Below are positions 47,557 to 59,539 of a DNA stretch of 64,000 nt, in pieces. The notes below the pieces were generated by a model. That model saw nothing but the letters and a program-made list of their open reading frames with translations. It was not told the DNA's origin and did no database searches. Each line of letters opens with the position of its first letter. Positions within the stretch are counted from its first letter, which is position 1. Where the stretch lies: NCBI GenBank assembly GCA_036785375.1, contig JAWMAR010000033.1, positions 7,254,001-7,318,000 of the forward strand, in the 5' to 3' direction. This stretch comes from Leucoraja ocellata. Taxonomy: Eukaryota. The position numbers and the translations under genes were made by a program.

Positions 47557-47931
47557 ATGCCTGAAGAAAAGAAAGTGGTTTCGAAGAAAGGCGCTAAGAA
47601 AACGTTAAATAAGGCTCCGGCCAAAGGCACCAAGAAGCGGAGGAAGGTGAGGAAGGAGAGTTACTCCATCTACATCTATAAGGTGATGAAGCAGGTTCAC
47701 CCCGACACCGGCATCTCCTCCAAGGCCATGAGCATCATGAACTCGTTTGTGAACGATATTTTCGAACGCATCGCCGGCGAGGCTTCGCGCCTAGCCCATT
47801 ATAACAAGAGGCTGACCATTAGTTCCCGGGAGATCCAGACCGCCGTGCGTCTACTTCTGCCCGGGGAGCTGGCCAAACACGCCGTGTCTGAAGGAACAAA
47901 GGCCGTGACCAAGTACACCAGCTCCAAGTAA
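47557..47931 (+). CDS. H2B: Histone H2B, intronless, 124 aa
   Basis: [88 protein letters not shown]. Confidence 0.99.
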   Translation: MPEEKKVVSKKGAKKTLNKAPAKGTKKRRKVRKESYSIYIYKVMKQVHPDTGISSKAMSIMNSFVNDIFERIAGEASRLAHYNKRLTISSREIQTAVRLLLPGELAKHAVSEGTKAVTKYTSSK

Positions 47932-47982
47932 AGGTCCGCCATAACGTATCGAGATGGGGGGGACAAACCCTCTCAAAACAAA

Positions 47983-47998
47983 GGCTCTTCTAAGAGCC
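47983..47998 (+). terminator. Histone 3' UTR stem-loop
   Basis: AAAACAAA GGCTCT TCTA AGAGCC TCCCA: 6-bp stem with UYUN loop, about 50 nt after the stop. Confidence 0.92.
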
Positions 47999-50900
47999 TC
48001 CCACATCTTCGTGGTAGCTAAGCCTGCATCGCTGTACTGTATGTATACCTTTTTGTAACAAATGAAGGACCTTGCTGAATCGTTCAGCTCACAGTTCATT
48101 CCCCGTTTCGCCCTCTCAAGTGGACACTTTTTGTAAAAGGCGGCTTTATTGATCTGTGGTGTGTCGTGTTCTTGTTCGTGCCCAATAAAGCGAAATGTTA
48201 TTTCCAATACGTTCTCCTAGTAGCAATTAATTATTGCGTAAATGCAGTTTTTCGTCGAGCAGCAGAGATACGGGAGCATTAAACTGACTGTCAAACACAC
48301 CTACACATTGCCTTTCCATCTGTTTAATCGCCTCTTTCCACCCACCTATGTTTAGGGACCATTTACAGTAGGCAGCCAGCACATAGGTAAGCTCTGGTTA
48401 TTATGGACCACTTTATAACCGACTTTGGTTGTAGCGGATGGACCTTACGGCCTCCATCAGGGCAGTTTGTCCATGGCCAATTCTAACCCACATCGCCTCC
48501 CAGGTGGCTGACCTACTGACCTGTACTACCAGGCCAACCCAGCCTGCACCTCCTGCCTGACCCACTTCCAGGTCAGACCTACCGCCCTTCACTGCCAGGC
48601 TGGGCTGCCAATGCCAGCCCGCACCTCTCCATCTACTTCCAGGCTGGACACTGCCACCATCTCCGCCCCACTCAGCTTCCTCGGACACTTCCTGGTCACA
48701 TATACCATCGCCACTACTGACCTTTACCTGAGGACCGCGACCATTGACTCTGCCGATCGTCGCCTCTCCCCCGGCCACCAGAAGGCCAGGGCCATCAATT
48801 TAGCTGGATTCCAGGCCCAGTTCCAGACCGAGAGCCTGAAGAAGGGTCTTGACCCGAAACGTCACCTACCCATGTTCTCCAGAGATGCTGCCTGACCTGC
48901 TGGGTTACTCCAGCACTTTGTGTCCTCTTGTGTATTAACCAGCATCTGCAGTTCTTTGTTTCTACTACTTGTGCAATGATACTCTATTACTCAGTAATCC
49001 TTTACTCGGTTACAACAGACAAGCAGTAATAACAGACATTATTCTCTCCTCTTCCCCCGTCTATGGTCCATCATAATGAGGGTTCTGCATGTGAGAGGGA
49101 GCCGTCAATCAAAGGGAGAAGATGCAAACTCCATACAAGATGTTCTGTAACATAGTTCATGGGATATGGGTACCTCAATAGTTTACTGGCCATCTTAACT
49201 GCCCCCAACCTCCCTCAGTACCAACAGGTCCCATCCACATCACCTTGCCTTGCTGGGAGCCCAGAATAACAAATGTGCTTTCTTTCTGTCAATGGTTGAG
49301 TTTGAATGTCCCATCAGATAATATAACAGTTGTTACATTTGGCAAGTTATACACACTTGATGTTCACTTTGCCTTGCCTACACTGGGGGTATTCATCAAT
49401 ATCAATTCCTTTGCCTATTGTTGCACGGTGCTTTTCTAAACACAGAGATCTGCCTCCATTACCACACATCATTCGCACCAGTGTCTTCCAGAAAAGACAC
49501 CCGTGTTCATTTCACTGTACTTCATTGTGTATGTGACAAATAAATCTGAATATTGACTATTGAGACTCTATATAAAAATATTCATGGAGTTAGATCATAG
49601 TCACGCAACAAAGAGACAGGCCCTGTGGCCCACCATGCCTTTGTTCCCATACCAATACACATTAATCTAATTTACCTGTAATTGGTTCATGCCCTTCTTT
49701 GCCTTGGTGATCACTTGCTCCAGAAATTTTTCTCAAGACCCCTCAAAATTGATCCAAGTTAAAAAGGAACATGTAGTGTAAAACAGCAAGATGTAGGAAG
49801 GAACTACAGATTCTGGTTTACACCGTAGATAGAGTAACTCAGTGGGACAGGCAGCATCTCTGGAGAGAAGGAATGGATGCCGTTTCGGGTCTGCTTTCCG
49901 TCCTCTCAGACTGCTTTCGGTCCTCTCTCCAGAGATGCTGCCAATCCCAGTTACTCCAGCATTTTGTATCTATATCGACAGGCTGATTTTAGTCACGACA
50001 CAGATGCAGATGAATTATCACAAATATCACCCAATAATCGGCAAATCAATTATCACCACTAGTCTCAATCCTGGAGACTGAAAGAATAACACTTTAAATG
50101 CAGTCACTGTCAGCGATCCCCCCCAGCCCTGAAATTGATCTCATTCACAGGTCTTATTATTTAATTGAATTCTTGGTCGACCGACACATCTAATCCTTTG
50201 TGCATTGTTGGCATTGCCGCAATGATAGAATAATAATAACAAAGGATAATCCCCAAATAAATTAAATATCACTCCAAAAATCAAATGCCCAGATTCAAGT
50301 ACATAGTTGCAATCTTCCAAATATAGACTGAAATGAAAGTTTTAATATACAATTGAATAATACAGTATCAATCCCAACAGTAAGCTGACACAGTACATAA
50401 TCACAATATTTCCTACATGAATGGAAGATACAGTATCAATGCCTATTGTGTACAAAGATATAAAATTTGTGTGCCTTTATCAGCTGAATGATACAATATA
50501 ACAATCTCCATTATATACATTGTGCTACCACTCAAATATTGACATAACTTGCACACTTTGATATGCAAGTATATCCCATGGACTGTACAATGTGCACTAA
50601 AATCAATTAAACATTAATTCAAATCTTACATTACACAGCTTAAAATATATGGTATACACTGCAATAATGATTATCGAAAGACAAAATTGACACAATTCAG
50701 TGTAATAGTAATGCATCTTATGTTCCCAATGATGGAAGATAATTACAATTTTACAGGGCACGCACATCATATGGCATCATATTGTCCTATGGCAGTTTCA
50801 TGTTCTACAACCTCCTCATATCATGTAGTAGTAACAAGGAACTACAGATGCAGGAGGATACAAAGTGCTGGATAATTCAACAGGTCAGGCAGCATTTCTG

Positions 50901-51649
50901 GAAAACATGGATGGATAGATGACGTTTTGTATTGAGACCCTGACCTGCTGTTACTCCAGCACTGTGTGTTCTCACATCATACTACCTAAAACCCATTCTA
51001 AAACATGCATACGATATTAGTAAAAAGTTACAATCTAACTTGACAGCATTGTGCCTTAAGGTATTTTTCAATCCCAAGAAGCAAACAGAAGGAGACATTC
51101 ATATCGCTGGGGACATCCGAGGTTGGTGTGAATCTGCTTCACCACTCTGGAGGAGATATTTCAGGTCATTGTCCATTCTAACAAGCAATAAACCAAGGAT
51201 ATGGATACAAGGAACTGCATATGCTGGTTTACGAAACAAAGACATAAGGTGCTGAAATAACTCAGCAGTTCGGGTACCATCTCTGGAGAACAAGGATAGG
51301 TAATGTTTCAGGTCTGGACCCTTCTTCAGACTGATGTGGGGGGAGGGCTGGAAAGAAAGCTGGAAGAGAGGAGGGTCACAAAGCCTGGCAGGTATTATGT
51401 TGATACAGGTGAGGGTTGGGGGCCATGGGGGTAGCAAAGATAGTCAGATGGCGGACAAAGGTTAGAGATGATTAGACTATGTGGGAGACAAAGGGATCAA
51501 CCAATAAATAAACCAAGGAGATCCAGAGCTCCAAACACCCAATGGAATCATGGAATCTGCCCAACATACCATTGTAAGGGGGAAAGGCAGTAAATAAATA
51601 CAATGGCCTTGGGTAAAATTCCACAATGTTTGTGCAAAACACTTAAAAA

Positions 51650-51836
51650 GACACAAAAAAGCTGGAGAAACTCAGTGGGTGCAGCAGTATCTATGGAGCA
51701 AAAAAAAAGGCAATGTTTCGGGTCGAAGCCCGAAACGTTGCCTTTTCCCTTCGCTCCATAGATGCTGCTGCACCCGCTGAGTTTCTCCAGCTTTTTTTGT
51801 GTACCTTCGATTTTCCAGCATCTGCAGTTCCTTCTT
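51650..51836. mobile_element. Fold-back Penelope-type insertion with 13-bp duplication
   Basis: Inverted arms; AAACACTTAAAAA at 51637-51649 and 51837-51849. Confidence 0.75.
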
Positions 51837-52326
51837 AAACACTTAAAAATACACAATGTTTTTGTTTTCAAATACAGACTCACCAACTACCACTCTGAAT
51901 AAAGCTACACACTCATTTCTCTAGAATGTTTCACTGCTTTAATGTATGAGAGGGCCAATCTTCACAAATTCATGTTCAATGCTCAAACTGAAACAATGTT
52001 CATCAGTCGGCTTTTGGAAGTTGAAACATACAGAATTTTTTTTTCCAAATAAATCCTTTGAAAAAAGTTGCAATAAAAAAATAAATAAATAAAAATAAAA
52101 AATGAAAGTTGCAATAATTTGACAAGACAGGAATTAGTGTGATTCGATAGTTTCAAAATTTTGCTGATAATTCCCTGTCCTTTAATAATGCCAATAATTT
52201 GTGCTCACGTATTGCTCAAGCTACTGAATCCAACACAGACAGGAACAAGCAGATAGAAGGAACTGCGGGTGATGTTGCAACGAAAAGTCACTAAGTGCTG
52301 AAATGGACAAAACAATAATGTCCTAG

Positions 52327-52639
52327 TGTAGCGGCACCTAATGGTTCGGCCACTCCTCCTATGCGAATCCTCGGCAATCCTGGGAAGGTGTCACGAGATA
52401 TATACTAGGGCACACCCCCAATATAAGTCCTGACCTTCCCTCTCTCGCTCTCTTGCTCTTCTGCTTCCTCTCACTTCATGAGTGTGTCCTGCCACCGCAG
52501 CAGGAGCACAACCGAGCCCACTAGGCAACAGCCACTCAACAACTACGACTATTATGTTAAAATGTTAAACGTCCATGTATTTGAAACCTACAATGCCCGA
52601 ATAAAGAATCCATTTATTCACAACGTTTGCGCCTCTACA
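52327..52639 (+). mobile_element. Solo LTR (313 bp)
   Basis: TGTAG...CTACA termini, CTAG 4-bp TSD on both sides, internal TATA (ATATAAG about 52421) and AATAAA (52600). Confidence 0.88.
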
Positions 52640-53239
52640 CTAGCCTCTTTATAGGAATGCTACCCAGAAACATCAATAGACAATATACAATGTACCATAT
52701 ACAACACCAATAGACAATGCTGTCTTAGGGATGAATCAGTGTGTAGCCTTTGACAGGGTTATTACTACTCAAGTCTTCAAAGGCTTCACAACTCTTAACT
52801 GAGTGCAGTTGTTAAGAAAGTGGAATTGATGTGGTCATTCCATTCTGGATGAAAGAGGGGGAGCTGGGTAAGTGGCAGTTCAACTACAGAACAACACAGC
52901 AGTGGGATAGAGTCCATACCTTGTTGACAAGGTTTGTAAATACAGAGCTAATTATGTTCAGGTTACTATGAAGTTTGTTTGTCAGTGCTGTCTCTGAACC
53001 TGTCGGAGCTCTGTAATATCCTGCAGTGATCCCACAACACACTAGATCACTTAACCAATAATTGCTTCCACCTTATGAGGATAACGTCACCCTAATTTTA
53101 TGTATTGTCTAATCTTTCCTTCGCTCCGTAGATGCTGCCTCACCCGCTGAGTTTCTCCAGCTTTTTTGTGTACCTTCCATTTTCCCCAGATAGGGTGGTC
53201 TGAAACCACTGGCCACTCAGACATGGGGCAAGCTTTTTA

Positions 53240-53560
53240 GGACTGAAAACAGACACAAAATGCTTGAGTAATTCAGCAGGAAAGGCAGCATCTCTGGAGA
53301 GAAGGAATGTGTGACATTTCTAGCTGAGACCATTCTTCAGACTGAGTCAGGGGAGAGAGAAACTAGAGATATGGAAGGTTAAGGTGTGAAATGACAGATC
53401 AAAGATGATAGTGATCAAGGAAATGTACAATGGTTCATTGTTGGCTGAGGAGAAGGTGACAACGAGGCATACAAAGTAAAATTAATCAGGACAGCGGAAA
53501 AAGAGAGAGAGAGTGGGAGGGGAAGAGGGGAAGAGAGTGTTAGTTAAGGTTAGAGAAATC
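53240..53560 (-). repeat. Penelope-type long terminal region
   Basis: Similar to 26120-26480 and complementary to 25445-25910. Confidence 0.75.
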
Positions 53561-54295
53561 TAGACTGAGAGAAATCTGAACATTTGGACTGATATGAGGA
53601 TGGATTTCTTGACAACAGGGTGACAACAGGCTGAGTTGGATGATCAGCCATGATCATATTGAATGTCGGTGCAGGCTTGAAGGGCCGAATGGCCTACTCC
53701 TGCACCTATTTTCTATGTTTCACTAACACTGTAGGCAATGGAAGCTAAGTCATTGAACATGTAAGGTGGTGATAAGCAGATATCTCGACACAAAGCACCA
53801 CTAGGTTTGGGGCTATAACAAGAATATGGTAACGATCATGTTGAATGGTGGAATGGCTTCAAAGGGCAGAATGGCCTTCTCCTATGTAACCACTGATAAA
53901 ATAGTTGTCTGAATGTCAATCAGATTAGTAGACAAACTACTGTGTGTTATGTGCTTCCTGGCCTTTTATACCTGAATTATGGACTAGTAAACTCCTGCCC
54001 ATTAATAGTCCTGAAAAACATGTTCAATGGTCATTCAACATTCCAATAATACTTCCATCTAATAATACTTTCATTCACTGATGTCCGATACTCAAGATTG
54101 TAGTACCATAGTTAAAAGCAGCCACCCAAAAACATTAGACTTGAAAATAATGTAATACTTTATTGCTTATGCAACTATCAGTAGACCTACTAATTTTACC
54201 TTATCAAGTCCTCTAGCTGTTCCAACACGAGACTCCCTTGTGGCTTTGCTCAAGGGCTGGCAGTTACTGTAGCTCGGTCATGGGGTGGAAAATGC

Positions 54296-55143
54296 TCAAG
54301 GGCGCCGGTCCCATTGAGCTCGAGGGGGTCTGATCGCCGACTGCAGATTCAATGTTGCTGCTGCAGGAGCAGCTGGGGCTGGAGGAGATGGCGGGTGAGC
54401 AGACGTGCTGTTATCCAGAGAGGGACCAGCAAGAGCCACTCCAGCTGGCTCACTCAGATGAGGCGTCGACTCATTGACCATGCTGCCATTGACCTGCGGC
54501 ACAGCAGACTGGAGGAGGTCAGAGACGTTACTGAAGCCCCTATCAATGCGCCCGCCCAGCCTTTCTAAACTAGTGGATATGGTGCAAGCCAGGGCCTGAA
54601 TAGCACCGGTTTGAGCCTCAATCAATGACGCCAGTGTGGGTGTCACAGGCTCCTGGACAGAGGGCTTCATTGCTGCGTCCACAGAGTTGGCAACACGCTC
54701 CATGGTAGACTGGAGAGTAGTGATGCCCTGCGCCACAACTCCACAAAATATAGAAGCAGACTCTTCTACACTCTCAGACAGGGTGAGACAACTCTTGGGT
54801 AGACTGTCCAAAGCTTTGAGCAACTGATGATGTTCATGGAAAAGTTTTCTTTTAAAGGCAGGGCCGGTTAAATCTGCATCTTCATCCTTTTCGACATAGC
54901 TGGGACCAGAGGTTGCCCTTGAGTCATCTGTCTCCTCTACAGTCCTTTCCTCTATAGCCAGCTCCTGTTCGTTACTGCCGAATAATTCATAGTGAGCCGA
55001 TCCATTCAGCTGAGCATCCATGCCACCGGAGATGTTCATGTCAGTGGTGATGTACTGGAATGACGGGGCTGGCGACTGTGCATCTTCTGTAAAATGTCCC
55101 CCCTCCATCTCCTGCCTCATAAAGCCTAGGTAATGTGTCAGAT
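54296..55143 (-). CDS. Myb/SANT-like gene exon 3 (helical/coiled and Pro-rich C-terminus)
   Basis: Within the 289-aa ORF; acceptor CTCTTTACAG; stop TGA at 54296. Confidence 0.85.
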
Positions 55144-58100
55144 CTGTAAAGAGGGAGAGGGACAAGAATTAGCGAGCCCTGGGATGGTCAGGTAGTAACA
55201 GCACACGAACAGCTCAAGGATGATAATGCTGCCTGTGTGATAGGTTAAAACAGCAGATAAGAGAAATAGGAAGGTACCCTGTGGTACTTGGCCTCCAGTC
55301 TTGCCATTCTCGAGGTTTCTTCTGCTGTTTGGCCCAATGATGTCCAGGGCTTCCTGCTCCATCTGGGTGAGATTTAGAATGGAGGCTGGCCGTTCCTCGC
55401 AGCTGGTTCTTTTCCTTCTTTTGTGTGCCAACTTCTCCTGCAGAAATAGTGGGAGTGAGTTAGTGTTTCATTGTTGCAACACATTACCCAGATGAGCGAA
55501 CCAGCTGCATGCAGAAGGAATGACGCCAGTTAACTGAGGATACACAAAAGATTATAGAGTGGAGATCCGCTCTATAATCTTTGGTGTACATTGCTGTATC
55601 ATGTGCATGAAAAAAAAGCTTCCCTTTATTTACTATCGTTTGACTCATCTTTGCAGCTTAACAGATTCTGTGATGCAAGAAGCAGATGTCCAATATGTGT
55701 GCAGCATACTCTATAATGACAATGTGATAGTGACTAGACACAAGGAACTGCAGATGCTGCTTTACAAAAAAGTAAAAAATTGTTGGAGTAATTCAGTAGA
55801 TCAGACAGCATCTCTGGAGAACATGGATAGATGATGTTTCGGGTCAGACTCCTACTTAAGATAATTACTAGATCGCTTTTCTTCAAAGTGCTGTTAATCA
55901 TAGCGGAAAAGGGAAAAGCTTCCAGTCATAACTCACATCGGTTCCAAAGCTTAGGTAGATGAAAATGCTGGAGAATCTCAGCGGGCGAGGCAGCTGAGTT
56001 TCTCCAGCATTTTAAATTACCTTCGATTTTTCCAGCATCTGTAGTTCCTTCTAAAACATTGTTTCCAAAGCTTTGTCATCTTTAAGCTTGACTATAGAAA
56101 CAGATACCAGGCTGATTGCCCATTAAAAAAAAACCATTTAATGTATTTGAGGGGTGGAAGATTGCAACCTTCAGGTGGTCCGCCCGGTTTCAACTAATGC
56201 AATCAACTCGACGTGCACAAACGGAAGATCAAATAGAACAAGTTGTCCAACAACTTTAGGCTGTGCACGCCACACGAAAGAAGAAGAAGAATGTATTTGA
56301 AATCATCAAAACCTCTTTGTTTTGTCTCATTCCCAGTTCTGATGAAGGGTCTTTGTCCAGAATCATTAACTGTTATTCATTCCACAGATGCTACCTGATT
56401 TGCTCCACCTTCCACCGCCCCCACTTTACCACCTTCATCGCTCCATCTGGCTTTACATTTCACTCCCCCTCTACTTAGATAAGACACCCTTTAGTTTTCC
56501 TTTTGATCTCTCGCCTTTGTCCACCCATCTCTCATTTACCGGCTATAACTTGCCAATCTTTGTTCGCCCCCTCCTCTTTCCAGCTTTCTCCCCACTTCTT
56601 TCATCAGTCTGTAGAAAGGTTCATACCCAAAAGGTCATCTGTCCATTCCATCCACAGATGGTGCCTGACCCATCAAGGTAGTCCCGCAATTTATGTTTCA
56701 ATCAAAATTGTTCCTTTTGCCATCTTCACTATCAACACTGAAATCATTTGTCTCAGACTTTCTGCTGGCTCTCAGTGCAATCCCATTCCCCCACATATCC
56801 TTGCAACCTTCCTCTCTCACATGGCCATCAACTCCACCCAATTCCTCTACCATCTCCCTACACTTGCGGAAATTTAGTGACCAATATTGCTGCCAACTTT
56901 TGGAGATTGCGTGAAAACCAGATCACCCAAGAGAAACTGATCATAGGGAGAGCATGAATGTTCTTCACAAATAGCACCAGAGATCGGGATTGAACCTGTT
57001 TTGTTGCAGATATCAGACAACGGCATTATCTGTATATTACTGTCGCTCCCTGCAGTCCTTATCCCACGATACATCAAATCCAATTCACACATTGTGCTTG
57101 ACAATTCAAATGAATGCTGGTTCAGTAAAATTTGACTTTAAAATTTCTCATCCTTATTTTCACACCCTTCATTGGTGTTACTTCTTCACCTGTTCTACAA
57201 CCGCTAAAAGATCTAATCTACTATTCTTACACTCTTGTACTCGAGCATGATTGCACTTATGCATGTCTTTTTACATACAGTTCAGTAAAATAATTCTATG
57301 CACAAGTCAGTGAATATTTCTTAAGGCAGAGATGGATAGATTTTTGATTAGTACAGATGTCAGAGGTTATGGGGGAAGGCAGAAGAACGAGGTTTGGAGG
57401 GAGAGATAGACCATGATTGAATGGCAGAGTACACATGATGGGACGATTGGCCTAATTCTATTCCTATCACTTATGACCTTATGACCTGAAGAAGGAATTA
57501 GATAAATATATGGTGAAGACAAATGTACAAGGCTACTGAGGAGATGGTGTAGGATAAGATGGCACTGTAATAATATTGATTTTTTAAATGTTATCTTTGT
57601 GAATTCCATTTACAGGCCTATTATGCTGTAAGAATTTCATTATTCTGTTTTCAGAACATATGACAATTAAAAAGCTTTACTCTTGGTAGAAAACTAGTTC
57701 AGAAATTACCAGCTAGTTCATCTGCTGGGTTCCTGTAACTGTTCTACAATTATATAAAGGAAGGTTACTATAAGCATTTCAAAAGGCATTTAAGGTGAAG
57801 TTTCAAAATAAACTTATTAGGAAACTGGAGCCAACATGACAAAAACAGCGAAAGCAAGCAAAAGTGCTGATTAATGCGAACTGTTGCCTTTCAGAATGGA
57901 GTGGGAAGTGCATTTCCCTCCAGGGGGGAAACTGTAGTTAGAAATAGGTTTTGTCGGTTAAGAGCAGGCTGGAATAATGGGTCAGTTCAAACAGTTCTGT
58001 AGGGCATGTGGACCCACGGAAATTGTATAATTTATTAGTTTGATTTATTATTGTCACATATACCGAAATATAGTGATTTTTTGTTTGCATACTATCCAGT

Positions 58101-59123
58101 CAAATCGTACTATACAGTTACATTCAAGCCATACACAAGTACAACAGGTAGTGTAAAGAGAAAAATACCAGAGTGCAGAATACATTGCTACAACATTATA
58201 GCTAAAACAAAAGTGTAGGTAGAAAAAGTGCAAAGGCCATAAGGGGGTAGGTTGGGAGATCAGGACTACGTCCTTAGTTTATGAAAGGGCTGACAAAAAT
58301 GCTGGAGAAAAGAAGGGCTTTTCAGGACTCAACAGCAGAGAAGAAACTGTTCCCAAATCAGGTGGTAAATGCTTTCAAGATTTTGTATCTTCAACCCGAC
58401 AGGCGAGTGGGAAAGAAAGGGTGACCAGGTGCAAATGATAGAGACAATGAACCATTGATGATGGTTTACAAAAATAGACATAAAGTGCTGGAGTGACTCA
58501 GCAGGTCAGGCAGCGTATCTGGAGGCCATTGATAGGCACGTTTCAGGTCGGGATAAATAGGCCTTGATTATGTTGGCTGCTTTCCCAAGACATCGTGAAG
58601 TGTAGATGGAGTCAATGGGGGGTGGAGCTGGTTTATGTTATGGACATCATCCACAATCATGCAGGGCATGCATCTCACACCCTTGGGATACAGGGGACAG
58701 TTCTGAAGAAGGATCTCGTCCTGAAACGTCACCCATTCCTTCTCTGCACATATGCTACCTGTCCCGCTGAGTGACACCAGCATTTTTGTGTCTACCTGCA
58801 CCTGCAGTTCTGAAATCTGTCGACACCTAACAGGTTGCAAGTGTCAGACTGTGGTCCAGTGGGGTTGACCACCTGGCGTCACCCAGGCTTACCTTAGCAG
58901 TCCAGGTCAGGCCATTGAACTTCTTGCGGCATTGCAGCCAAGTCTTGGGCACCTCACTCTTGGCGTTGACGCTGTGTGCCACCTCGATCCAGGCCTGGTG
59001 CACCATCTCCCTGGGCACACTCCGGCCCTGGGAGGGGAAAAAGACCTCCCTGCGAGCCCTCACCTGCTCCAGCAGAACCTGCACTGCTCTGTCACTGAAG
59101 CGCGGAGTCCGGGGCTCGGACAT
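54296..59123 (-). CDS. Myb/SANT-like DNA-binding domain protein (NAIF1/MYPOP/MSANTD-type, Harbinger-related), 3 exons, 412 aa
   Basis: Exons 59123-58893, 55437-55278, 55143-54296 (1239 nt, in frame, GT-AG). N-terminus RTPRFSDRAVQVLLEQV...QAWIEVAHSVNA..KTWLQCRKKFNGL is a trihelix Myb/SANT-like signature. Kozak GCAGCCATG; AATAAA at 54164-54159. Confidence 0.85.
55278..55437 (-). CDS. Myb/SANT-like gene exon 2
   Basis: EKLAHKRRKRTSCEERPASILNLTQMEQEALDIIG; acceptor TTTCTGCAG. Confidence 0.82.
56151..56204 (+). ncRNA. Putative minimal HDV-like ribozyme (copy 2)
   Basis: P1 GGGGTGG/CCGCCC(G), P2 GATTGCA/TGCAATC, P3 ACC/GGT, L3 TTCAGGT, J4/2 CTAA. Confidence 0.6.
56151..56290 (+). mobile_element. 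Short non-autonomous retroelement with 5' HDV-like ribozyme fold and (AAG)n tail, copy 2
   Basis: TSD AATGTATTTGA (56140-56150 / 56290-56300); same 5' start as copy 1; tail AAGAAGAAGAAGA. Confidence 0.82.
58893..59123 (-). CDS. Myb/SANT-like gene exon 1 (DNA-binding domain)
   Basis: 77 codons; donor AAG|GTAAGC. Confidence 0.88.
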
Positions 59124-59530
59124 GGCTGCGGCCGGCGAGGGGAGACAAGGCGGGAGGGAGGAGGGATGGACGACGGTTGGGGCTGATGGGCGGGGCCAAC
59201 ACCCATCGGATGTCCCGCCCCCACCCAGACGTCCCATCACGTGGTACACTGGCCAATGGCGGGCCCGCCCGCCCCGTCAGTCAGGGCAGCGGCGGCCAAT
59301 GGGGCGCGCGGCGCCGATCCAGGCCCCGCCCACGCCGGCCCGATGTGCGCCCGCAGGAAAATTGGCTTCTCAAGATGGCGGCGGCCGGCCAGGCCTGGTC
59401 GCGGCCGCTAGACGTGGCCTGGACCCCCTCGTGTGGACCCCACTGGGCTGGAGAGGGTGGTTACAGCTTTTATTCTCAGGTTAGATGCCCGCAGGGGAGG
59501 GAAAATCTGCCTGGCCAGAGGCCGCCAATG
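59095..59530. promoter_or_regulatory. CpG-island promoter with CCAAT boxes, GC boxes, E-box and YY1 motif
   Basis: CCAAT 59253 and 59296, ATTGG 59361, CACGTG 59238, CAAGATGGCGGC 59371, several CCGCCC. Confidence 0.8.
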
Positions 59531-59539
59531 AAGGAAATA

